Source of the DNA: Camelus dromedarius | Lineage: Eukaryota | Direction: 5' to 3' | Length of the DNA: 64,000 bases | Assembly: GCF_036321535.1 (NCBI RefSeq) | Contig: NC_087459.1 | Location: forward strand, 29,884,001-29,948,000 | In this document: positions 32,346 to 46,300 of the stretch, in pieces | Numbering within the stretch: position 1 is the stretch's first letter | Layout: every line of letters starts with the position of its first letter | Notes under the pieces: model-generated | Told to the model about the DNA's origin: nothing | The model's database searches: none | Seen by the model: only the letters and a program-made list of their open reading frames with translations | Program-made: the position numbers and the translations under genes

Positions 32346-34196
32346 CTGTAAAGTGGTTTTAGCAACAGTGTCCTCCTTCCAGGGGGAGGAGTATGGGGAC
32401 GTGGAGTGCTTGGGGACTGGAGTGGAGAAGACAGGACAGGAAAGTTCTAGGCTCTGCCCACCTCACTGTCTGCACCCTTGCAGAGCAGGGACGTGGGGTG
32501 GGGTGGCATCAGGTCCTGCCTGCGACAGAGTTTTGGCTACATCAGAGACCCCAGCGGTTACAGCCAGGAAGAGTGACTTATTTAGAGAGCTGTCCTTGGA
32601 GGATTCTGGGGGTGTTTAAAGACCAGCCCCACCTCACCCCCCAACTCCACTGAGGCTTTGTGCCTGGGATCACCTGCATGGGCTGGGATGAAGCCCTCAT
32701 GCTGAGTCAGGAGACCTGGACTCCCCACCGCCCGGGGGAGACACTAACTCATGGTACGGCTTAGGCAAGCTTGTTCTCTCTGGCCTCAGTTTCCCTTTTG
32801 TAGGACGAGAGGTTTCAGATCATTCCTGAATTGCCACCTCCACAGCCCAAGGTTGGGCTAACACCAGCAGGTCTCTCCAGGCTGTGTTTCTAGAAGGATC
32901 AAAGGATCGACTGGCTGGAGGAGGCCTGGGAGGGCCCCCCGGAGCCGGGCTGGAAGGGGGCAGACATCTGACCTGGGTGCTTCACCAAGCTCAGTGGTCA
33001 GGTGGATTCCACTTAGGGTGGGGATGAGGGATTGAAGGAAGGAAGGGCAGGGGTGGGGGAGGGGCCATCTTCGTTTTCACAGCCCCCCAGGGGCTGTTCT
33101 GATGGGAAAAGCAGCAAGTTCTGGACAGGAGGTGCGGGCCTCTGGCCAGGACAGCTCCCAGAGGAGGACTGGCCCTGGGACTTCTTGCACCAGGGTTGCC
33201 TTGTTTCAGTTTAAAGACGTTGGACGCTATGATGGAGCCCAGAAAAAGCCACTTACGGCAGTGAGTCCCTGAAGCTGCGTGAATGTGACGCCTGGAGAAA
33301 GGACGGCTGGCACAGGGCAGATGGAGGAGCCAGTGAAAGCCGGAGCTCAGTGCCAGGTGGGACTGGAGCCACATCAACCTGCAGAGAATCCCCAGGGAGC
33401 GGCCGGGGGCTGGCGTCCCTCCCAGACAGTGGACGGAGCCAAGGAAATGCAACAGGACAAGGTGACCCCAGCTGGCCGGCGGGCTCAGGGGAGATGGAAG
33501 AGGCTGGCAGATGGGCAAACAGCCGGAAAAAGCTGATGCTGTGATTTTGGCTGGGTTCCTCACGTCACCCGCACACTCATATGCGGCCAGCAGACACGCA
33601 CACCTGTGCAGGTGTGCACACGGTGGACACGTCCACAGACACGTGGCAGGTGTACACCCCCCAGCTTTACTACTGACATTTTCTGTTCCTAGAGGTGTGT
33701 TGTCCTAGAAATCCCTTTCCATTCAAGGATTTCTTGGATGCTGCAGCCAATTTTCATTCCTGCCGTGGAATTCCTCCGCAGACCCTGCCAGGAACGTCTC
33801 TTTTTCATTTATTTCGGGCGCCAGAGAGGCAGCGAGAGGAAGAGACTCCCTGGTATTTTCATGCACACAACAGCCTCCTGAGCATGTACACCCTGCAAGC
33901 CAAGGCCAGCTCCAGAACCGGGTCTTTCTCCCTCTGGACCAGGACCAGAGCCCCTCCCAGGGAGGCAGGGAAGCAGGGTGGAGGTGGGTGTCCCCGTGCA
34001 CAATGCATCTCCATCCCTGACCTCATTTCCCCACCTGCCTCATCCCCGTATCTTAAGCCCTGTGCGGCCAGATGGACATCTGGATGGTCCATCTTTGTAT
34101 TTCCAGCACCTAGCATGGGGCCTGGCCCACAGAGGGTGCATGAATGCAGGCTCACTGGCCCAGATGCCGAGACAGGACTTTATTGGGAGAAATGCC

Positions 34197-34628
34197 TGGC
34201 TAGTGGGTTGAATAGTGTCCCCCCCCACAACATTCACACCTACTCAGACCTCAGCATGTGACCTTAACTGGAAATAGGGTCTGTGCCAACAAATAGTCAA
34301 GGTCCTCAAGACAAAATCATCCTGGACTTACGGTGGAACCTACATCCAATGACCAATGTCTTTACAAGAAGAGGAGATGACACAGAGACACGCAGGGAAG
34401 AAGGCCATGTGACAAAGAAGGAGGAGTTGGAGCAACTTGTCTATAAGGCAGGGAACCCCAGGGATTGCTGGCCGCCACCAGAAATGAGGAGAGAGGGAGG
34501 GGACAGAAGGAAGCAGCCCTGTAGATACCCTGACCTGGACTCTGGTCTCACGAACTGGGAGAGACCACATTCTTGTGGTTTTAAGCCACCCAGTTTGTGG
34601 TGATTTGTTATGGTGGCCCCAGGAGACG
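34197..34628 (+). mobile_element. MLT1 (C/D-like) solo LTR
   Basis: gggttgaatagtgtcccccc...gtgaccttaactggaaatagggtc...ttttaagccacccagtttgtggtgatttgttatggtggcccc. Confidence 0.85.
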
Positions 34629-35264
34629 AAGCCCTGAGGAGAGGAAATGGGGAGGGGCCGGGTGCACCCTGGGATCCTGCGATCTGACCCAGAGGGAAGG
34701 GGAGAGGGAGGCAGGTTGGCAGGGAACTGTGCTCAACTGGTGTGCAGCCTCAGGGAGGTTTGTTGAGTGTCTTGGGGAACCCCTGGGCCCAAGCTGGCCG
34801 CCAGCATCCCGCGTGCCCTAGGAACTGGGTCTGCTGGGGGCAGTCATGGCTGGGAGCAGAATGTGGGGCAGGTGGCTGGGGGGCAAATGCACTGGTGCGT
34901 TTCAGACCACGGCAGCTGTCAGGGGCTGCCGGGCGCATCCTCATGGCCGCCACAGGAATTGATCAAATGAGCGGCCGATGAAAGGGACTCGCTGCGGGTC
35001 TGAGGAGGACTGGGTCCTCCGGGGGCGGGCACCTTCCCTGAGGAGCTGCCGCGCGGGAGGGCTGCCGCGGCAGAGACTGTATCTGTTTCCTCGGGCCGTC
35101 GTGAAGCGGCCGCAGACTCACAGCTGGGGCGCTGCAGGGCTGCCCGGGTCCTCATCCTGAGGTTCCATGGGCTTCAAACAACAGAAATTGATTCCCTCCC
35201 GGTCCAGCAGACCCGTTACGGAACAGGTCACAGTCGTCACCTCTGACCCCATGGCAGAGTCCAG

Positions 35265-35640
35265 GGGTCTCCAAGATCACGCTCAGCCCTGACACCAGTT
35301 GCAGAGCTGAGGATCCCAAGACCACCTCAGGTTTGCTCATTTACCAGAAGGACTCACAAGACTCGCTGGGTGCCGTCGTGCTCACGGTTATGGTCTACTA
35401 CAGAAAAGGATACAGAGAAGTCCAGCTCAGGGCAGACACCTGGGGCAGAGTCCGGGAGGGTTCCACGTGCGGATGTCCCCTCCAAGGGGAGCCGCGGACA
35501 TAATAACATCTCCCAACAGCGACATGTGACAGCACACACAGATACAGCCCAGCAGGGGCGCTCACCGAGCTCAGGGTGCAGAGTCTTTTCTGGGCTCCAT
35601 CACACATATGTGGCTGACTTCCAGTGTGGCTGACGTCAGT
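35265..35640. mobile_element. MER21-like ERVL LTR, flanked by a truncated MLT1 piece (~35080-35210)
   Basis: ggactcacaagactc...ctcacggttatggtctactacagaaaaggatacag...ggggcagagtcc...atgtgacagcacacac resembles MER21C from memory. Confidence 0.6.
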
Positions 35641-38600
35641 GTCCAGTCCCTCTGGAGATTAAGGGGATATTGCATGGCTCAAAGCCCCCAGGCTAAACCA
35701 AACTGTTAGACTTTCAGACATGGTCTAAGGCCCCTAGATAAACAAAGACACCCTCATCAGGCAGGACATTCTGAGGGCTTAGCCATCACCTTCCAGGAGG
35801 GCAGGGCAAAAGCCCCATCTCTCTTTGGATGAGGGTGATTCTTTACTGGACATCTGCCAAGGGACCTCCAACAAGATACTGAAACTTAGGGTACCTCAGT
35901 TTTCACATCTGCACAATGGGCAGGTAGGTGCCTGCCTTCCAGTGTTGTCAGGAAGATTCTGTGATTTGGCATCTATGAACGCCCCAGCCCAGCCACCTTG
36001 CACACAGCTGGTCCTCAGGAAGGGGAGGGCAGGGCTGGCTCAGCCTCACGTCTGGCTCACAGGTGATTCATCCCCGGCCTCGGGACAAGATCTAAGGGTC
36101 CTGGGCTAGGGTGTGGGGCTTTCAGAAGGTGAGCTGACAGCCCTGGCTGTCAGAGCAGAGCTCATTATGTGTGGCCTTTTTGATGAATTATAAAGAGCCT
36201 TGGCCTCATGCTGAGAATGGAGAGAGAGAGATGTGAGGCCTCAGGCAGACGTACGCATTTTACTTCTGAACTGAGAGGAATTCTGGTTCTTTCCCGGGAG
36301 AGCTGCACCTTGGTGCAGAATGACCAAGCAGGCCCAGGCTCAGGGCAGAGAGGGGCTGGGCCCAGGAGTAGGGGGGACCCACCGAGGAGAGGGCGACAGG
36401 GCCGGGGCCAACTGTTCCTTTCAGGGGACTCATTGCTGTGTCAGAAGCTCAGGCTGTACCAGCTGTGGGCAGGGAGAAGAAGTCACACCAATGGTGTTTT
36501 TTCTCTCTCCCTTGAGAAACAGGCTGTCAAGCATGGGCCTTTGCAGGAGTGGGAGGCTGGCCTTCGGCGGGGCAGCCTTCCCTGAAATGCAGATAGGTGG
36601 TGGGCAGTGGGCAATGCGGTGGTCCTTGGATTTCCCACTTTCCTGCCCCCCACTCCCTTCTCTTCTCCTGAACCAGGCTCGCAGTGGGCTCGGGGTGAAC
36701 CCCCAGCTTTGGTCCCCTCCAACCTGCACCTTCCGGCCTTCCCATCACAGCAGATGGCAACTCCATCTTTCGTGTGTCTCAGGCCAAACCTTGAGGTCAC
36801 CTCGGACCGATCTCTCTCATTTTCAGACACCACATCCGTTTGTCAACAAATCCCATTTGAGCACGGGGCTTGCTATGCGCCAGTCCCATTGCTAAATGCT
36901 TTTTGAGATCCAGCTGCTTTAATCCTGCCAACGACCCAGCAGCATGGGGGGTGTGAGTCCCACTTTACAGGTGAGGAGTCTGAGGCTTGGAAAGGCTGAG
37001 TATCTCGCTCCATCACACTCAGTGGCAAAACCGCAGAGGCCCTGATTTCTGCCCCTTCCCACTGGTCCACACAGAGCTCTTTATCGGAGGCAGAGTCTAC
37101 CTGCAAACTCATGAGGGTGTCAGGAATGCCCCTCCCTCCTCCAATGCCGGGGGCTGGGCATCCCCGCGCTCCTCTCCCTGACACCCCACCACCGCCCTCT
37201 CAATCCATCCAGTCTCTTTCTCCTTAACATTTTTCACAACCTGCCAAGCCCTGTGCTCCCAGGGACTCCCGTCAGAATCTTTTAGCAGCCTGGCCACTCT
37301 ATCCAGCCTCTCCAGGCTCTACCCAGGGACCAGTTTCCAAAATTACACACTGGCTCCAGCGTGTGGCTGAAGGGCAGGGCAGCTGGGAGTTGGGGGCGGG
37401 GGGAGGTGCTGTGTGAGAGTCAGCTGGCAGCTCTGGGATGGAAAATTTTACCCAAACTCAGGGAGATGCGGCAAGGACCCACTCCAGACACCGAGGCTGT
37501 GCCTGGGGACGGGTGTCTCGGATACCTGGTCTCCCAGTGTCTCTCCCATAACCTCTGTGGGTCCCAGTAACAGGGAGGAGGCTCTTTCCCACGGTGAAGG
37601 CAGATCGTGTGCGGGGCCATAAAACCTAACACGTGTGCCCCCAGGGAGACATTTTAATCAAAGCCGTGACACACCCTCCCCAGGGCAGGCTTGTCTGATG
37701 AGCAGCTTGCATGAGCCTGATAAAGTCATAGGTGAACGGAAATTAGGCCTTTAACAGCCCGGCGGCAGCTGAGGCTGGTTCGCGCTGCCTTTCTCTGAGA
37801 CCAGGAGAGAAGCCCCTCCTTTTTCATTCCTTCAATTCCAGCCTGCGGCAAACGTGCAAACAAACTTAGAATGTTCCCTGAACCCCTCCCAGCCCTCCAA
37901 ACTTCCACTTCCCTTTAGACCCAGTGGGCTGCAGGGCCACGGACTGTCCCAGTCTGCCTCTGACCCACCTGTCCTGGGTTGATAAGGGACCGGGCTCAGC
38001 GCTCACAGCATCAGCAAAGGACGCTGTGGGAGGGGCGTGGGCCGGCCGGGAGGCAGAAGAGGACCCAGTCTGAGTCTGCGAGCTGATTCTGCGTGACAAA
38101 CTTGCCCTGAGTCTCCGCACATCCCAGATTGGGCCACACGCTCCTTGACAGGCACCCGGAGGGAACTGTCCTAGAGAGGAAGGAAGGTACGGGCCTGACG
38201 GACACAGCAGGGTGGGCAGCTGCTGGCTTGGTGGTGGACATCACCATGGCGTCAGCGCTGAGGCCAGTGGGGGGAGACTCCTTCCCCCTGCCCCGTGCAG
38301 ACTATGGAGGATGCTGTCTGTCTTCAGAACACTTCCAGCTGCAACCTGGATCCTGGCTGGGCTTTCCCTAGACAACCCAGGCCCCCTCGTCATTTTTCTG
38401 CAGAAAGCGGGCCTGGCCTGTGCACGGTGTTTGCGAATATTCTGGCTGGCCGAACCTCCCACAGCCCGTGGAGTCACTGTGCCTGGAGACCCCCTCCCCA
38501 GGCAACCCCAGGGGGAAGGTGGCTGGCCGTGTGTGTGGAGGCAGTGCCCGGGGCAACAGGGCAGGGAAGTTACACGCCAGAATCAAGACTTCGATCTTTC

Positions 38601-38751
38601 AGGTCTCCCCACCCCACTCACTGCTGCTGGCCTCGCAGGAAGTTTCCCAGCTTACCCGGGGCCTCTGCTGTCTTCTACATCTGTTGAGTACTCGACAGGG
38701 TCTGTGGTTCTGGGGGGCCTTGTGACTGTCTGCAGTCTTTTGTAGATCCAT

Positions 38752-39112
38752 CGCCTCAGTGCATTTGCGCTGCTGTAACAAACTACCCGGACCAGCCGGC
38801 TGACAAACGACAGGTGTTTATTTCCCATAGTTCCAAGGCTGGGAAGATCACAGTGTTGGCAGATCCAGTGTCTGGTGAGGACTTGCTCCCTGGGTCACAG
38901 GCAGCCGTCTTCTAGCTGTGTCCCCTCATGGCTGAAGGAACGAGGGCGCTTGCTGGGGTCTCTTTTATAAGCGCACAAATCCACTCGTGGGGGTTCCACC
39001 GTTATGACCTGATCACCCCCAAAGGCCCCATCTTCATATACCAGCCATCACAAAGGCAGGAGTTTAGGATTTCAACATATGAATTTGGAGGGACGCATTC
39101 CGTCTACAGCTC
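38752..39112 (-). mobile_element. MLT1 solo LTR
   Basis: gctgctgtaacaaactacc...atttcccatagttccaaggctgggaag...tctggtgaggacttgctccctgg...ttcaacatatgaatttggaggg. Confidence 0.8.
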
Positions 39113-39644
39113 CCATAAAGCACTTTGTGTAAATCGGAATGAAGAAAAGTAGGGATTTTTCTTAAAATGACTAGAAGGGTGCTACACACAACTTTTCACA
39201 GGCATTCCCAGGGCTTCAGTTCTCCCAAGGAGCCGCCTCCCAGGCGGGTGGTTACAAAGCTCCTTCTCTGAGGTTGACATCAAGATGGACAGGTCAGAGT
39301 CTATCAAATCTCTCCATGGGGACGTCTCAGCATTTGTCATGTCTCAAGTTCATCTGATTGTCATCCCTTGGCCAGGGACAGCGTGCCAGGGGCGGGGATG
39401 GGAAGATGAGTTAGGTGTGGAGTTCACAGCCGAGGCTGGGCGGGGGAGGCGGCATGGATGCAGGTGCTCAGTGCCCGGGGTGGAAAGACAGCCAGGAAGG
39501 GCGTGGGGAGGTGCCGAGGGGAGAGATTAAACCCCAACAAGGCGGGCTGGGTGTGAGAGGCAGGGGTGACTCAGCGAAGGCGTCCAGAAAATGGGAAGCT
39601 GAATGTTCTCCACTAGTTCAGAACTTCTGATCTTTAAAAAAAAG

Positions 39645-39783
39645 TTTCTTTTCTTTTTTTTTTGGAGGGGGTAAGTAATTAGGTTTATTTATTTATTTAT
39701 TTTGATGGAGGTATTGGGGATTGACCCCAGGACCTCATGCATGCTAAGCATGCACCCTACCACTGAGCTATGCCCTCTTCCCC
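39645..39783 (-). mobile_element. tRNA-derived lineage SINE (Vic-1-like)
   Basis: gtaattaggtttatttatttatt...ggggattgaccccaggacctcatgcatgctaagcatgcaccctaccactgagctatgccctc. Confidence 0.9.
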
Positions 39784-41988
39784 ATTCCCTCCCCCAGATA
39801 GTATAGATTTGACCTTAGAACCATCTACAAAGAGGCAGTCTGCCAAGTGAGTGAATGGTGTAGACAAAATGGCAAGGAGAATTTCATAAGTTACTTTAGA
39901 AAGGCAGGTTTTCAAGCACTGCTGAGAACTTTGTAGCCAAAGGATCAGGCCAGCCAGGCAGCAGGCAGGTGGCCAGGCAGCAGCAGTGACCCTGACCAGC
40001 TGGTGATACGATCTGGATTGAAAGTCCCAATGTTGTCACCACTAAGAGGCTCTGAATTCACTGGCTTGGGGAGGGGTCTGGGTGTTGGGATTTTTAAAAT
40101 CTCCCTGGATGATTTCACTGGCCAACTAGACGAGGCTGGACTGGAAGACAAGACGGCCGGACTCTGCCTCCAGCTCTGCTCCTGTCCCACGGGGTGACGT
40201 TGAGACCAGCAGGCGTCCTTTCTGAGCCCGTCTCTCGATTTTCCCCGCATGGAGGCAGAGCCACGCACACTGTGATCTGCGCTACAACACTGGGAACGCT
40301 GGTGGCCAGTCACCCCCTGGCTAGCAGAGGCGGGCATTCGAGGCGTCCCAGGGTGAAAGCCACAGGAGGCGAGGGGTTCTTTCCTCTCTCCTCTACCTGG
40401 AGACGCCCCCGACCCCAGCTCTATGACACCCCCGTTCCTGCAGCCCGAGGCGAGCATCTGTGCCACATCACGCTCCCGGCCGTCTGGACACAGGGCCTGA
40501 GGCCTCCCCAGGGCTCCAGGCTTCAAGAGCCCTCCCTGCGCCTGGGGAAGCAAGAGACGGCCTTCCTGGGCTCTGGCCTACTTTCCCAGCTTATGATCCC
40601 GAGCAGTGAGCTGTTGGTCTGTGCCCCAGTTTTTCCAGCTTGTGGGTTCCGGCTGCCCTCCCAGGGCCTGGAAAACCGAAGCCAGTGACCCTCTCTGGGG
40701 GGCGGGTTTGGTTGCCATGGAGACATTTAAATCTCTGATGCCTGAGTTCTGCCCCTTCTGTATCCTCCCAGAACGGGACTGGCCCTGCTGGGCAGAGTTC
40801 CACGCTCAGAGGTGGTCCCTGCCAGGGACACGGGAGGAGACGTAGGACAGATGGAGTCCCACTTGGTACCAACAGCAACAGTCACGGTAACTCAGACGTG
40901 CTGAGCGCTTAGCCCCGGCCAGGCTGTCTGTAAGCACCTCTAGGAGCCACGCCATGGGCTCCCCTTCCCATCCTGGGAGGTGGGTGCTGTCAGAGGGCAA
41001 GCAGACCCTGGCCAGTTGCCACTGTGGACATCTGGGGGACACAGCCCCTGAACATAGTCAGTGACCCCCCAGGGGAGTGATCTCCCAGGGGAGACGTGGT
41101 CCTTGTGGCTGTTAGAATGCCTGTATGGGTCAGTGGCAGGGCAGGTTTGTCCGATTCTAAGCTCTCTGTATACATTACTGTCCCTCTGGCCAGCAGGCAG
41201 GGGACCACGCCTCACTCATATTTCTCATATCCTGGGAAGTTGGCATCGGTACGGGATGAAGGCTGGCACTGAGTTGCGGCCTTCCCACATCGCTGCCGTT
41301 GCCTCCAGGGCAAGTCCTGGGTCCTTGGCAGCCTCGTCAGAGTGCCCAGAAAACCTGTTTCACCGCCAGTGTGGCCACCAGGCAGCCAGCACCACGCCCC
41401 ACAGGCCTCAGTCTGCTCGGTCTGGAAAACTAGAAGTCGGCTTTTTTCCCCCCATAACTTCTGCTGACAGCCCGGGAATCCTGTGATTTATACGATTAAT
41501 ATGAGAAGCAACATCATTATTCTGTTAATATATTATTCATTTCACCAGTGATCTATTCTCCCCACACCCAGCTCTGAGAGTCAGTTTTCCCTCCCTGCTA
41601 TTTTAATAGACCCCGCATTTTAAATGGGGAGAACAGCACATTAAACATGTATAAGATGTAATCTCATTTAGGATGCTTTCTTCCAGAGCATCCAGCTCAT
41701 AAGCATAAAGACAACAATGCTGCCTGGTCTTCTTAGGGCCCACATGGATGGGCAGCTGAGAACAAAGTCGGGCTCTAATCAGGGAATATGTTAAAACTTC
41801 TGACTTGGGCCTTGGGCTCATGGGCAGGGAATCCGCTCCCTCCCTAGCCCTGCCCACTCTCGGTGTGTCCCCTCCCCACCCCTTGCCAGCCACAACACCT
41901 CTGATAATGCGGCATTTGGGGGAAGAGGGAAGGAGGGGCTCTGCTCTAAGAGTCAGACCCTCATCTTTTGATTAATTGAAAAGCACTT

Positions 41989-42084
41989 GGAAAGGAGGGT
42001 AGAGCTCAGTGGTAGAGCTCATGCTTAGCATGCAGGAGATCCTGGGTTCAATTACCAGTACCTCCATTTGGAAAAAAAAAAAAA
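41989..42084 (+). mobile_element. tRNA-derived lineage SINE (Vic-1-like)
   Basis: ggagggtagagctcagtggtagagctcatgcttagcatgcaggagatcctgggttcaattaccagtacctcc followed by poly(A). Confidence 0.9.
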
Positions 42085-42869
42085 GAAGTGCTCAGGATGA
42101 ACTCCTGATGAGCTCCGTTCCCTTCCTGTAAACCACAGATCAAGGTCAAAGGGGAGATGGGTGGGAGCTTCGAATGTTCCGGAAGCATGTACACTGCTAC
42201 TGCTGTGATGGAGGGTACGGACCAGCCCAGGCAGTGGGTCCTGACCTTGAGGAGCTTCTGGCCTGACCCAAACTGATGACGCACCCCAGCTGGGAGCTGG
42301 GAGGTGTGCTGGAGTCTGGCAGCGGTGCGCAAGCGGCACAAAGACCAGAGCTGTGGTTTTAAGGCCACTACTGAAGTCTTCCTGGAGGAGAGGGTGTTTA
42401 GAGGGCACAGAATTGTGCCAGGTTGGGTTCTCTGGGGAGGGCAGTAGGGCAGCAGCGATGATGTGAGTAACAGCATAGAAGGGTGGTGGAGCCAGTTTAC
42501 AGAGGGCCTCAAACCATAAGCCAGGGAGCTTGGACCTGGTGATGGGGAGCCACAGCAGGTTTCAGAGCAAGGAGTGACCAGTCGGAGCAGTACAGGTTCA
42601 CATTTCAGAGTTCCACAGCTGAGGGATGGGAGCTTGTGTCCAGAAACATTCTACAAATAGCTGACAGCTAAGATAGGGGAGGTGGTGGTATGCCTGGGCT
42701 TCCCTCTCCACAGGCAAACTCCTATTTATGCTTCAAGACCTTGCTCAAGTGGCCCCTCTTCTGCTAAGCCACCCCTAACTACATTCTCTGCTGCCTTTCT
42801 GCAGATAGTGATCAAAACTCAATCCTGGCTCTCAGAGTGTGATCCACAAAGCAACAGGAAATGATTGAG

Positions 42870-43300
42870 ATCAACTGAGCCTCAGAATGAGGCGGGACAG
42901 GAGCCCGACTCCCTGAGACAAGGAGTCGGATGCAAGTGATTTACTGGGAGCTGTCTCAGGAAACATCTCTAGGGGCGTTTGTGAGGCAGAGATGGAAAGT
43001 CTGCCAATAAAAGGTGAAGTATCAAGTAAATTACCACTATGGGCAACTGAGGCTGAAGGCTTCCGGGAAGTCGTGGGAGACATGCTTTGGAGTTAACCCG
43101 CTGCAGGGTGGGGGAGCTGGGGTATTGATGCACCAACACTTTCAGTGTTCTTAGGTTGAGTGTTGCCCCTAGGGACTTACGGCCAGCTGTGTGTCCCAGA
43201 AAAAGCCCTCAGGCCGTGAGACGTGGAGACTGGTAGTTGGAGGCTCGGGGTCTGCATGGCAGTAGTAAGACCTGAGCGGGTGCAGGTGCCATAGAACCTC
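42870..43300. mobile_element. Ancient ERVL LTR (LTR16/LTR33-like)
   Basis: ccctgagacaaggagtcggatgcaagtgatttactgggag...gccaataaaaggtg...gggggagctggggtattgatgcacca. Family assignment from memory. Confidence 0.5.
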
Positions 43301-46300
43301 ATTCATCTGCAGTGTGGCCACAAAACTGGGACCTCAGAGAGACGTGAGCTGGGGGCATATGTCCAGCCCTGTCCTGTCCTGGCTGTGGCTTGGTCACCAC
43401 AAAACTGTCCTCTGCTGGGGAACTGGCCCAGCCCACTGGCCAGAATAACTCACCTCTCCCCTTCCGATGCCAGCTTCTGTGGCCTCCTGCATCAGAAAGC
43501 AGTCCTGGATGGTGGTCACGAGTGTTAAGTCCACCTCGGTGAACCACCTGGAAATGGTTTCTCCATCTCCCTCGTGCAAATGTACCTCTGAGAAACGGGA
43601 ACCCCTCTGCACCCTGACAGTTCCCAATGCTTGGGCCACACTCTGGGGACCAGTCCACTTGCTTCTTGAAAGTATTTCTCTGCTCCCATCCAGGCAGGAC
43701 TGGCCTATAGCCCAGCCTCCAGCACCCCGTCACCTAATTAGTCCTCCTCGATCTGTTGTCCTCATTGGAATGAGCATTCGGGGCACAGACTAGAAATGAG
43801 GAGGTTCTGGCTGCAGTGCCCAGCCCAGGGGCCCATCACAGAGTGCCAAACGGGCAGCGAGGGGAACCCTCCCCTCCTTGCCCGGCATGCAACACTGAAG
43901 CATTGATTAGACTGTATGTTCTCAGTGGGGCGTTGGCACCCCAAGGGGCTAAAATTAAGTTCTGAGAATAGGGCGTGAAAAGTCTTGGCTATTACAAGTA
44001 TTTGTGTCCATCCAAAGCTCAACACTACCTGCTACCTGACAAAATCATATTCCTTAGTATTTAATTTCAAGGGGATTGCAACCCCTTAATTTCAAGGGGT
44101 TAAGAAAGGTCTAAAAGGTTTCCTGGGGAAGGTGATAATGGAAAATAGTTGAGAAACGCTGGGCTTGATGGAAGTCTGCGCGATACCAGCTCATCGTCTG
44201 TATCTATCCGGAAGTCCCAATTGTACTTACCTGGGTTTGGAGAAGAAGGGGCTGAGGCCCGAACCCACTGGACGAGGTGGGGTGTCTGCCACAGAGGGGA
44301 GGAGGAGGTGGCCGACCCTAGGCCCCCACCAGGGGATCGGGCAGCTCCCCAGCCCCAGGAGCCCCACAGCTCCCAGGCTGAAGAGCCCCAGTACCTGACG
44401 AACATGCCCCCGGACTTACCCATTCCTCAGTCAAAGGCCGCAGCCCCGTGCCACAGGGCGGGGAGGTGAGAAGGCGCCCCTCCTCCAGCTGTCTTTCCCA
44501 CACCCCTTGGTTCTTTGGGTTTCTGGTGCTGCAGGCCTAGCGACACAGACTGTCCTGGGGAGCCAGCACATGACGCTCAGCTTTCTTTCTCAGCTGTTTG
44601 AAGGTTTCATCTAACTTTTTGTTGCTTACTCAGCAAATCAGCAGGAAGGGCTGAAGCACCTCCCTTCCAGCTGAGTGGCTGGGGAACCCTGAGGTTCCCA
44701 CTGTCCCCCCACCTCCCGAGGTCAGGGGCCATGTGCTGGAGAGAAGGGGCTGGTCCTTCCCCCCATCCCGGGGCATTCTGCAACCCTCTGGTCCTCCCAG
44801 GGCGCCTGCAGGCCTGCCCCTAGTGGTGTCCGTGCAGTAACCAGCAGCACCCCCAACATGACTTGTGAGGCTGACACCACGGCTTCCCATGGGCGGCTCA
44901 GCCACCTGGCCTGTGCTCATGGTGATGATGAACCACCATGATCACTCTGTCATCACCAAGCCCTCACTCCAAAGCCCAGCTCCCCTTCTGTGAGCTCTGT
45001 GGCCTGTGGTGAGCCACCTCATTGGCCGTTATCAGTAAAGGTGTGAGAGCGGTCACCTTGGGTGAGTGGGTACTGACAGTCCTCACCTACAGTTCCCCGG
45101 TGGGCTGGTGTGTCTGCAGACAGCTGGGGCCTCCCCGGGGTGGGGTCTGCCCCGTCTTCAGGTGGGGTGGAGCTCTGGACCGCGGGGCAGAAGGGAATAC
45201 CACAGGGCGTGGCAGCGAGGCAGCCTGGGCTAGCCCAGGATCCCGACTGTCCCCGCGCTATGATGCCGCCAGCTGACTTGCCAAGACAGTCCGGGTGCCC
45301 GGGGCAGATCTGGGGGATGGGGTTTTTCTCTGCTGGGCCCAGGCCACGTGGGGGGCTCCTGTGTGGATCTCACCCGCCCCCTAGATGATGGTGAGCTGGC
45401 AGAGGCTTTGTTGGGTGGAAGAGCTCTCTTCCTCTTGCCTTCCTAGCTTCCTGTGGACCCAGTGAATGACCCTGGGCAAGTCCCCAAACCTCTCTGCACC
45501 CCTGGGAAAGGAGCAGCTGTACTGGGCAGCGTCTTGGGTGGAACCACACGATTCAGAGACCCCCTGATAACCCATTGCTGCTAAAAGGCTGCATCTGTGG
45601 GTCCAGCCCTGGGCATTTGGCTCTTGGGTTTAAAAGGGGCAGATTCGGCTACTGGGCAGGAGAGACCCCACCGCCCTACAGCCTGGGCTCGTCAGCCCCC
45701 CAGCTGGTCCTGGGGCTGTGCCGTCACTCTAACTTTCTTCCCTTCTCTCGCTCCTTTCCTCCCCACTGCCCCCTCCCTGTCACCCTCACTCCACTTCACT
45801 AATGAGTCCCAAGGAGATGCCGCATGCCAGGCAGCGCCTTTCCCGCTGGCAGCGCGAAGCCCTGAGAGCCCCGGCATGTTTGGCTCTGCTAAGTGCGGCC
45901 CTGACTCCTGGTTTCCATGGCAATGGCACTCGCGGTAAAAGCTTTGGCTTGTTGCCAGGGCAGATGACAACCATGACAGCCAGTCAGACGGTGTCCAGCT
46001 GCGCTCACAGCCAGAGGGGACAGGATGCTGAGCAGGGGTGCTCTTCTGTCCCCTCTCTGCTCACCTTGGGCCCAGTCTGGAGCCATGTGCCCCAGACGGC
46101 CACCCCTCCTGCCTGGACCACCTCAGCAGGGATGTCAGGGTGCAGGAGGAGCCCAGGATCGGGGCCAGACCGTGCCACTCCCTTGCTGTGCAAACTTGGG
46201 CAGGACCATGTCCTCTTTGGGCCCTGTTGATGTCAGGGGGCTGGGCTGGATCCCAAGCTGCAAGGCTCTCTGACTCCAGGGAACAGATCTTTCTTGGTGT

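Noticed and set aside
39645-42084. Inverted SINE pair that could form dsRNA
   Set aside because: About 2.2 kb apart in intergenic DNA with no evidence of a transcript spanning both.
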